Below, piece after piece: positions 25,901 through 37,000 of a stretch of 64,000 nucleotides of DNA. Position 1 is the first letter of the stretch. Every line of letters starts with the position of its first letter. The DNA comes from Leucoraja erinacea (taxonomy: Eukaryota), in NCBI RefSeq assembly GCF_028641065.1, contig NC_073399.1, forward strand, positions 9,176,001 through 9,240,000, given 5' to 3'. A model generated the notes under the pieces. The model was not told the origin of the DNA. It worked only from the letters and a program-made list of their open reading frames with translations, and searched no databases. A program made the translations under genes and the position numbers.

Positions 25901-28900
25901 TTCATGTAGACGGTGTGCATGGGCGATCCTTCCACCGAGCCCGCCGGGCTGAAGGTGGCGGGGAAGTTGGCCGGGCCCGATGGCTGGTACATCACCCCGC
26001 CAGCAGCGGGCATGGACTGCAGCTGAGGGCAGGAGGGCAACGCAGTTACACATGAACGTCAGACACGGTAAATGCCACACAGTCTCCCAACACTAAAGCC
26101 AACTGGCTCACTAAAAAATCCCACTCTCGGTTTAGTGTTAGCCTGTCCTAGTGTCTAGTCTAGTTTAATTCAGTCGAAGGCAGAGATTAATATGGGTTTC
26201 AGAGGTTATGGGGAGACGTCAGGAGAATGGGGTTAGGAAGGAGAGATACATCAGCCATGATTGAATGGCAATAGGCAATGGACAATAGGTGCAGTAGGCC
26301 ATTCGGCCCCTCGAGCCAGCACAGCCATTCAATCAGTGGCTGATCATCCACAATCAGTACCCCGTTCCCACCTTCTCCCCATATCCCTTGACTCTGCTAT
26401 CTTTAACAGCTCTGTCTAGCTCTCTCTTGAAAGCATCCAGAGAACCAGCCTCCACTGCCCTCTGAGGCAGAGAATTCCAGACTCACAACTCTCTGCGTGA
26501 AAAATATTTTTTTCTCATCTCCGTTCTAAATGGCTTACCCCTTATTCTTAAACTGTGGCCCCTGGTTCTGGACTCCCCCAACATCGGGAACATGTTTCCT
26601 CCCTCTAGCGTGTCCAAATCCTTAATAATCTTATCTGTTTCAATAAGATCCCCTCATCCTTCTAAACTCCAGAGTATACAAGCCCAGTCGCTCCATTCTA
26701 TCTTGATGGGACAAATGGCCTAATGCTGCTCCAATCACTTATGACATAAACAGACCCGAACTCTGACTCCCAGCTCGATGAATATTGATTTATCTTAATT
26801 CAAGACTCCCCTTGCATCCCCTCTCCCCTCGTCCCTTCGCCACCTTAGTCATCCTGCTAGTGTCACTGTTCGTATCACTTCCTTATCACATCTTCTACAG
26901 CCAACAATGGCGGCCGGTGCCAGCTGTAATTTGCTCTGCTCCTTGTCTACCCCTTGATCAGTCTGAAGAAGGGTCTCGACCTGAAACGTCGCCCATTCCT
27001 TCGCTCCAGAGATGCTGCCTCACCCGCTGAATTACTCCAAGTGGAAAGTTTAGTTAAGTTTAGAGATACAGTGCAGAAACAGGCCCTTTGATCGGAAACG
27101 TCATCCATGCCTTTCCACCAGAGATGCTGCCTGACCCGCTGAGTAACCACGGTGCTGCTCCCGTTACCCCTGCTCCCTGTTCCCGCCTCTTACCTGTGCG
27201 TAGGGCAGTGGGAAGGCTGGCATCTGTGCCCGCATCTGAATGGTCTGTTTCTGCTGCTCCAGCCGCATCTGGCGCTCCTTCTCCTGCTCCTGCAGCCGCT
27301 GAATGGCCAGCTGTCTCTGCATCTCCAGGTACTCCTGAGGAACAAGGTACACGGTTCAAGCCTGAGCCACGTCAAGGCACGCACAGCACTTGCAGTCCGA
27401 AATGTCCTAACCTGCCTAGTCTGAAGAAGGGCCTCCACCCAAAATGTCACCTGTTCCTCGAAGGGTCACGACCCAAAACGTCACCTATTCCTTCTCCCCA
27501 GAGATGCTGTCTGAGCCACTGTATTATCTTGAAGATAGTGGAGTCAGGGGATATGGAGAGATGGCAGGAACAGGGTACTGATTGTGAATGATCAGCCATG
27601 GTCACATTGAATGGCGGTGCTGGCTTGAGGGGCCGAATGGCCTACTCCTGCACTTATTGTCTATTGTTACTCCAGCTTTTTGCGTCCACCTTCAGTTTTA
27701 ACCGGCATCTGCAGTTCCTTCCTACTCCCTCTCCAGTCTTATAGAACAGTTTGATGCAGGAAGAGGCCCTTCATCGCATAATTCCCATGCTGAACATGAT
27801 GCCAAGTTAAACTAATCTCCTCTGCGTGTGTGTGTGATCCATATCCCTCCATTCCCTGCATATCGACGTGCCTGTCCCTAAGTCTCTTAAACACCACTAT
27901 CACATCTACCTCCACCACTACCCCTGGCAGCGTGCGCTCCAGGCACCCAGATGTGTGATACATTTGCCTCTCACATCTCGTTTAAATTTTGCCCCTCTCA
28001 TTATAAACATATGCCCTCTAGTCTTTAACATTTCTACTCTGAGCATAGGGTTCTGGACATCTATCATATCTATGCCATAAATTACACCACGAGGAACTTT
28101 GAGCTGGGTGTTATAGAAATCAGGTTGATTCTTTATTGACATTTACAGCCTTGGATTTGCCTGTGCTATTGAGTGATGGGGCAGGGAGAGGACACAGAAT
28201 AAACACTCGTGGACGGTACAGGAGTCAAGAGAACTGCAGGGAACAGAGGGATATGGATCGGGCAGGCACAGGAGATCAGTGTAAGGGCACCATGTTCGGC
28301 ATGGACGTTGTGGGCTGAAGGGCCTGTTCCTGTGCTGTTCCCTCTATTGCTACCGTGCTCTCTAGTGCTGTGAGATCTACAATCGCCGTTCAAACTACGA
28401 CTGCTCTGCGGGCTCTATTATTGCTCTGTGTGCTCTACTGCCATGTACTCTGCTGTTGCTCCGAGCTCTCTACTGTTGCTCTGTCTGCTCTAATGTCACG
28501 CGCTCTGCTGTTGCTCTGTGCGCTCTATTACTTTGTGTGCTCCACTATCGTGCGCTGCGACCCAGCTCCGCGACCGCTCTGCGCTCACAATCACTGCCGC
28601 CGCGTGCTCTACTACTGCCCGCGAGCTCTACTACTGCCCGCGTGCTCTACTACTGCCCGCGTGCTCTACTACTGCCCGCGTGCTCTACTACTGCCCGCGA
28701 GCTCTACTACTGCCGCCGCGTGCTCTACTACTGCCCGCGAGCTCGGGGCACGGACCTGCTTCTTCTGTCGCATGATCTCCAGTTTCTGGGCCAGCTGGAT
28801 CTGCCGCTGCCTCTCGGCCTCCTCGGCCGCTCGCCGCAGCTTCTCGCTGTGCTCCTCTCGCAGAGCGTTCAGGGCCCCGCGCGCGTCCCTGATCTGGGCC

Positions 28901-31014
28901 AGCTTGTCCTGGAGACCCTCGTAGTACACTGCAACACAAGGTGAAAACCACTGCAATAGACACAAGGTCACCTCATCCCCTCCCGTCCACAAGCTACCCG
29001 GCACGATGCAGATTCAAGACTCCCTTGCGCGGTGAGGCCACGAATGTCACCCAGTGCTCACTTCCAAAATTGGCTATTGGTGGGCTCTGACGGAGGAGCT
29101 GGCCATTCCACCCATCGTGCTCTGCTCGCCCTACTGTAGGGTAGGATTAAGCCAGACATACTGCATAATGCTCGGTCCAACCTGGCCCAACCCAACCCGG
29201 CCAGTACCAACCCAACCCGGCCCGGCCCGTCCGAACCGAACCTGGCCCAACCCGTTCTAACCTCCACACTGGGGACATTGTCGGGACGGGGCAGAGCGTG
29301 CGGGCGACATGTGGTCTCGGGTGCAGAGGGCAAGGGTGTGGACACTCACGGCGTTTCTCGTCCAGCTGGTTAAGCAGCTCCAGCAGCTGAGGGTGCATGC
29401 TGTTGATGGACTGGAAGAGGGAGAGCACGGCGGTGTCGTTGGTGATGCTGCGGCCACGCATGTGATTGCTCTTCATGCGGTTCACAAAGGTCACCACCGA
29501 GTTCTGCAGCGTCTTCAGGAACTGCTCGTGGTTCTCCTCCGACTCGCCGTTCTGGTACTGCTGCTGAATCGCACAGAGAGCAGAGAACACATTCAGCCAC
29601 AGAGTCACACAGCAGGGGAACTGGCCCTTCGGCCCGACTTACCCATGGTGAACAAGGTTTAGTTTAGTCATCGTTTACACATACAGCGTGGAAACAGGTC
29701 CTTCACTCCAGCTTGCCCATACCCACCAAGGTTTAGTTGAGTTTTAGTTTAGACATACGGCATGGAAACAGGCCCTTCGGCCCATCTTGCTCATGCCGAC
29801 CACTGTTTAGTTTTAGTTTAGACAGACAGTGTGGAAATAGGCCCTTCAACCCAGCTTGCCCGTGTTGACCAAGGTTTAGTCACAGTTTACACATAAAACA
29901 TGGCAACAGACACTTCGGCCAGCTTGCCCATACTAACCTGCAATGCTACTGCTGCTCAGCATGGACTCGGTGGGCCAAAAGATCTGTTTCCTTGCCATAT
30001 CTCTAAATTAAAACTAAAGCTACACTAAACCTTGCCCACACCAACATGCAATGCGACTGCTGGTCGGCGCGGACTCAATGGGTTGAAGGGCCTGTTTCCA
30101 CGCGGTAGCACTAGACCATTGTGGGCTCCACTTTTTCCGGGTCATTGATGCCAGCTCTAATTCGTTCTGCTCATACCTCTGGTTTCCCTCTACCCTGACT
30201 CTCAGTCTGAAGAAGGTCTCATCCCGAAACGTCACCTATTGACCAAGGTGCGGTTGAGTTATCACTTAGACATACATTGTCCACCAGGTCCGCGCCGACC
30301 TTGCAAGCCCCGCACATTAACACTATCCTACACCCACTAGGGACAATTTTTTTTAATTTACCAAGTCGATTAACCTACAAACCCGTAAGTCTTTGGAAGG
30401 CGGGAGGAAACCGAAATATCTTCGGAGAAAATCCACGGGGAGAACGTGCGGACTCCGTACAGAGAGAGCACCCGTAGTCGGGATCAAGCCCGGGTCTCCG
30501 GCGCTGCCGCAGTCGCTGTAATGGCAGCAACTCTACCGTGACCGCTATTGACGTTACGGTGACAGGAGAGCGGGCCTCACCTCCACCACCGTGACGGGGG
30601 CCGGGTGGGGCTCCACCGGCTGCACGGTCGGCTCCGCAACGGAGACCGGGGCCGAGGGGGTCGGGCTCTTCCGAACTTCCTCTTGCTTCTTCTCCCAGTA
30701 GGTCCGATTCAGGTAGCGAGCCAGCTTCCAATAAAGAGCACGACATGTTATTTAGCACGTGTAAGAAAGAACTGCAGGTGCTGGTTGAAATCAAAGGTGG
30801 ACACAAAATGCTGGAGTAACTCAGCGGGGGTGAGGCAGCATCTCTAGAGAGAAGAAATGGGTGACGTTTCAGGTCGAGACCCTTTGGGTCTCGACCCGAA
30901 ACGTCGCCCATTCCTTCTCTCCAGAGATGTGTGCCTCACCCGCTGAGTTACTCCAGCATCTTCTGTCAAACTAGATTATTTAGTACCATCGCTCTCTTCT
31001 CCTTCTTCTCTCCC

Positions 31015-31050
<36 letters not shown>

Positions 31051-34000
31051 CCCCCCTCNNNNNNNNNNNNNNNNNNNNNNNNNNNNNNNNNNNNNNNNNN
31101 NNNNNNNNNNNNNNNNNNNNNNNNNNNNNNNNNNNNNNNNNNNNNNNNNNNNNNNNNNNNNNNNNNNNNNNNNNNNNNNNNNNNNNNNNNNNNNNNNNNA
31201 AAACCACCAACCGTTTTCATTCGACAAGTTTCACACAAATTATTACCTCAGGATCGATCTCTTCGGCAGTCGGGGCAGAAGAATTCTGGAAGGGAGAAGC
31301 AGAAGCTTTTCGTCTGATATTCACACTTCAATATTTATTGCCAACCACTTTCCCTCTCGTATGTCATCTTCTAACCCAACTACGACTAAACAAGCGTTTA
31401 GAGATACTGCACGAAAAATCAGGCCCTTCGGCCCACCGAGTCCCTGCCAACCCCCCCTTCGCTGTACTCTAGCACACTATTCCCCCCCCCCCCCCCCCCC
31501 CACACACGGGACAATTTACAGAAGAAAGTTAGCCGACAAACCTGTACGACTTTTGAGATGTGGGAGGAAACCGGAGCACCCGGATAAAACCCACGCTGTC
31601 CATGCGGAATTTGCGTATTCTTCTTGTGACCACAAGGGGTTTCCTCCCACATCCCACAGATGTGCAGGTTTGCAGCTGGACTGCTCTCTGTAAATTGTCC
31701 TTGGTGTGAAGGGAGTGCATGAACAAGTGGGATAATATGGAACAAGTTTGAACGGGCGATTGATTGTCGGCGGACCAGAGGACCCGTTTCGGTGCTGCAT
31801 CTTCTCCGTGGATTGTCACCTTGTCACCTCCAGATCTCTAAATTATGTCAGCATTATTCAAACACTCGTTGCGCACAGCAACAACAGAATTCCCCCTCAA
31901 ATTGGCTCCCACACAAGCTGGGGCTGATGTTCTTACCACAGGGGACGAGTAGAGGCTGCTGACCGGTGGGGCTGATGAGGTGACTGGGCTTGGCTCAGCC
32001 TTTGGGTACATGGAGTAGGTGTTCTTCTGTCTCTGCAAGGGGGAGAGAGAGTTTTCAGTGAGACGTCAGCAAAAGCAAGCAATGGCCGTCAGCCCCACAA
32101 TCTTGAACCTCCACCACCAGCCATCGACTTACGCCCACCCACACACGCCCACCCACCCACAACCGCCCACCCACCCACACCCATTTTTATTTTTAAAAGC
32201 TCTTGACTTTTCCCAAACCAAGATCTTTGCTAGAACTGTGACAATCATTTTGTCAGCAAGTTATTTGAAACTGTCATAAATGGACCATGCTTTGATCAGG
32301 CGCTTTGACATTAGACTTGGGATACAGCGGGATACGGTAGGATACTAGTGTATAGGGTGATCGGCCTTTCAGCCCACCGACTCCGCATTGACCAGCGATC
32401 ACCCCGTACACTACCACCATCCCACATACTAGGGGCAATTTACAATTTTACCGGAACCGATTAACCTACAAACCTGCACGTCTCAAAACAAAGCTCCCGT
32501 AGCCAGGATCGAATCGGGCAGGGTTCACTGGTACTGTGAGGCAGCAGCTCTACCGTCACGAGTTACTTTGGTTTGAACTACAGCACGTCTGGCCGGCTGC
32601 ATTTGTGTCAGGATTGACGCGTTAGGGAAAATCTTACAACCCGTCCACAGGATGGAACTTTGGGGGATATTTGAACATTAAAAAAAGGGGCCTAAGTATC
32701 CAAAGATGATAGATTAAGAAATATACCTGCACCTGACCCATCAAATATTCCCATAGACACAAAGCATCACATCTTGGCCACACCAATGAGAATGAAGACA
32801 ATATGGTCAGCGTTGCTAAACCGGAAAGTTCATACATTCTAGGGACAGAATTATGCCATTCCACCCATCAATTTTACTCCGCTATTCAATCATGGCTGAT
32901 CGATCTTTCCCTCTCAACCAACCCCATTCTCCTGCCTTCACCGCATAACTTCTGACAACAGTACCGATCAAGTATCTATCAATCTCTGCCTTAAAAATAT
33001 CCATTGACCAGACCTCCACAGCCACCTGTGGATTAGAATTCCACAGATTCACCACCCTCTGGCTTAAAGAAATTCCCCCCTCACTCCTGTCCAAAGGTAC
33101 GTCCTTTTATTCTGAGGCTACGGCCTAGTGGAAACCAAAGATCCTATAGCGAGCAAGATAGTCCACTCGATTACACTGGGCCCTCCTCTCCCCTCTCCCA
33201 TCAGGCAAGAGGTACTCCAGATACAGGGACAGGGACAGCCTCCAGATACAGGGACAGTTTCTTCCCAGCTGTTATCAGGCAACGGAACCATCCTACCAAC
33301 AACTAGAGAGCGGCCCTGAACTACCATCTACCTCATTGGAGACCCTTGGACTATCTTTGATCGGACTTTACTTTGCACTAAACGATATTTGTGTTATGTG
33401 CACATTGCAGACGGCTCGATTGTAAACATGTATTGTCTTTCCGCTGACTGGATAGCATGCAACAAAAGCTTTTCATTGCACCTCGGTCCACGTGACAATA
33501 AACCAGCCTCAGCTCTACCCCCCTCCCCCTCCCCCTCCCCCTCGCGGTGAGCGGTCGGACACACACCGGGACCCGTGGTCCCTGCCGCGCCGTCAACCCG
33601 CCCTGGCGGCGCCACTCACCGCTCTCTCTTTCTCTTCAGCCTCAGACTGCGACAGGGCTATGGCCAGCTGAAGTTCCTCTTCTTCCTGCAAGGCAGCTTC
33701 ATCACGCTTGGGAGGTAACTGGCAGGAGAGACCCAGTCAATAGGAGGCAGGCATTCAGAAAGCGGACGGCGGGAAATAATACAACTCCTCACGTCAGGTG
33801 TGCGCAAACCTCACCCCCTATCCCCAAACACAATTCCAGTTTGTTTAGGAGTCATAGAGCCCATCGGCCCAACTTGCCCACACCGGCCAACATGCCCCAT
33901 CTACACCAGTCCCACCTGCCTGTGAAGGGCCCATATCCCACTAAATTTGTCCCATCCATGTACCACTCTGTTTATTAAACCTTGGGATAGTCCATGCCTT

Positions 34001-37000
34001 AATTACCTCCTCCGGCTTACCCCTTATTCTTAAACTGTGGCCCCTGGTTCTGGACTCCCCCAACACCAGGAATATGTTTCCTGCCTCTAGTGTGTCCAAA
34101 TGCTTAATAATCTTATATGTTTCAATAAGATTCCCTCTCATCCTTCAGAGTGTACAAGCCCAGCCGCTCCATTCTATCAACATATGACAGTCCCGCCATC
34201 CCGGGAATTAACCTTGTGAACCTACGCCGCACTCTCTCAATAGCAAGAATGTACTTCCTCAAACGTCCTCTGGACCCTCTCCAATGCCAGCACGTCCTTC
34301 CTCCGATATGGGGCTCAAAACTGCTCACAATATTTCACATGCGGCCTGACCAGCGTCCGATCAAGCCTCGGCATGCTCGGCCACTCCCGGATGACTGGCA
34401 GTGGTGTGCATCTTACCTGAGACTGCTGGGAGAGAGGGCTAGTTAGGTATTCTGGGGGCAGGTCGACGGGTGCAGTGGCAGCTGGCTTGGCCTCGGATTT
34501 CCTGGCGAGAGAAGACACAACACTGTCCAATGCAAGTTCAACCAAGATGGCCATGCCCTGACCATTCACATGCAAGAACCTGGCAATGGAAGCTTAGTGC
34601 AACCCATCCGCACTTGAAAACACTTTGATTTCAGCAAAGACCCTTTTCTACCAAGGTACTGGTCCACCAGATTACTTCCCCTCCCCTCAATCCACCCTCC
34701 CCCCCCCCCCTCCCCAACATCCCACCTCTCACCCTATCTACATCATTGGTGACCCTCGGACTATCCTTGATCGGAATTTACTGCCGTCACCTTGCACTAA
34801 ACGTTATTCTCTCATCAAGTATCTGTACATTGTGGACGGCTCAATTGTAATCACGTATTGTGTTTCCGCTGACTGGTTAGCCTGTGACAAAAGCTTTTCA
34901 CTGTACCCCACTGTCAGTGCACGTGACAATAAACTAAATTCAAACAGTGGGCAGCTGGTAGACCTGTGGTCTCACGGCGCCAGAGGCCCGGGTTCCATCT
35001 TGACCTCGGGTGCTGTCTGTGTGGAGTTTGCATTTTTCTCCCTGTGACTGCGTGGGTTTCCTCCGGGTGCTCCAGGAGATTCCCACATCCCAAAGGCTCG
35101 TGGGCTTGTCGGTTAATTAGTCTCTGCATATTATTCCGACTGTGCACGGGAGTAGATGAAGAAAGAGTGGACAACTCTCTCCCCCCCCCCCCCCCCACAC
35201 AGCGGGCAGTGGGTAAATGGAATGAACTACCAGGAGAAGTGGTCAAGGCAGGTATAAAATACATGTTAAGGACAGGTACATGAAGATGAAAGTGGAGAGC
35301 TAGTGTGAGCAGGGCGTAGACTCTGTGGGCCCAAGGGCCTGTTCCTTTCAATCATTCAATGCTGCATCTTTCAATCAACCAGTCAATTTAACACACATTG
35401 TTAAATCCAATTAACTTTAAATTTTCTCAATAATGGATATTTGTACATAAACACAACTAACGGGCCTGTCCCACTTACACAATTTCTTTTTGACGACTGC
35501 CAGCACCCGTCATAGTCGCAGCAGGTCGCCGAAATTTTTCAACCTGTTCAAAACCCAGCGTCGACCAGAAAAAAGGTACGACGCTTTGGGCGACTACTCA
35601 CGACCAGACAGGCGTCACCGAAAAAAATCACGTAAGTGGGACAGGCCCATAATTGTAAGCAATAGACAGGTGAAGTTACGTGGCAATAATGGATTAACCG
35701 TAATCTACCAATCCAATAAGAATAAAGTTTGGCGTACATGGTACTGGTGTCAAGTTCTTCCTTTCTGTGGGGAAAAAAAATTACAGGTCACCAAAGAGAC
35801 ACACACACACACACCAAATATTCTTAACTTTAACCACCTGAACTACCCCAGTCCAGACTTGTTGAGGACACTGGAGACCAGAGGCATGTATTTGCACCAC
35901 AGTCATCGAGTGCAACTCCCCAACTAAGGTTTTCATTAGTGAACTGAATCTCTCTCCATCACGACATAATGATTTGATTTATTGGATCACATCTGCTCCA
36001 AGTGCCGGAACCGGCATATAAAAAGGCACAAAGTGCTGTAGTAACTCAGCAGGTCAGGCAGCATCTGTGGAGAACACGGATAGATTACGTTCATGGTCGT
36101 CTCCCAAAACGCCATCGATCCATGTTACGGTCCATTAAAGATACAGGGCGCAAACCAACAGGCGCTTCGGCGCAAAGTACTTGCGGCCAGCAATCACTCC
36201 GTACACCAGCACAGTGCTGTAATAGCGCCACCTATGTGTGGGAGGATTGGTAATGATCATGAATAAACCGCAGTACACTGTACAGTCGATATCCAGTCAC
36301 CAGCGTGTCAACTCGTGTTTTATGTCTTAGCATAAGATATCACAAGTGCTCCTTAAACTATTTTAGTGTCATTCACCCTCGACTTTAATTTTCTTATGTT
36401 TACTGGTAATTTGTCTCATTCTCCCTTGTGTATAATTTTGTGTACAATTTATTTGTCGAAGGAAATCATCGCAGACTTCAGGAAGACCAGGGGTGGCAGA
36501 CATACCCCATCCACATAAACAGGACTGAGGTGGAGCGCGTCTCCAACTATAAATTCCTCGGGGTACATATCTCAGAGGATCTGTCCTGGTCCCTCAATAC
36601 CACCAAACTGATCAATAAGGCGCAGCAGTGCCTCTACTTTCTGAGGAGGCTTAAGAAAGTTCACCTGTCCCCCCAGATCCTGTCCAACTTCTACCGCTGT
36701 ACCATTGAAAGCATCCTGACCACCTGCTTCACGGTATGGTACAGCAGCTGCACCACAGCTGACAGGAAGGCACTGCAACGGGTGGTGAAAGCCGCTCAGC
36801 ACATCATCGGTGCCCCGCTCCCTGCCATGGATGCCCTCCACCGCAAACGGTGTCTGAGACGGGCCGGGAAAATCATTAAGGACCCCTCTCACCCTAACCA
36901 TGGACTATTTGCCCTCCTCCCATCAGGGAGGTGGTACAGGAGCCTCAGGTCTCGCACAAGCAGGCTGAGGAACAGCTTTTTCCAAAATACCATCACCCTG

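Noticed and set aside
28355-28944. Cys/Leu-rich plus-strand ORFs
   Set aside because: Produced by the 19-bp tandem repeat plus the antisense of HGS exon 15.
31059-31199. Missing HGS exon hidden in the N gap
   Set aside because: The expected 39-nt exon is at 31247-31285 and joins exon 13 in frame.
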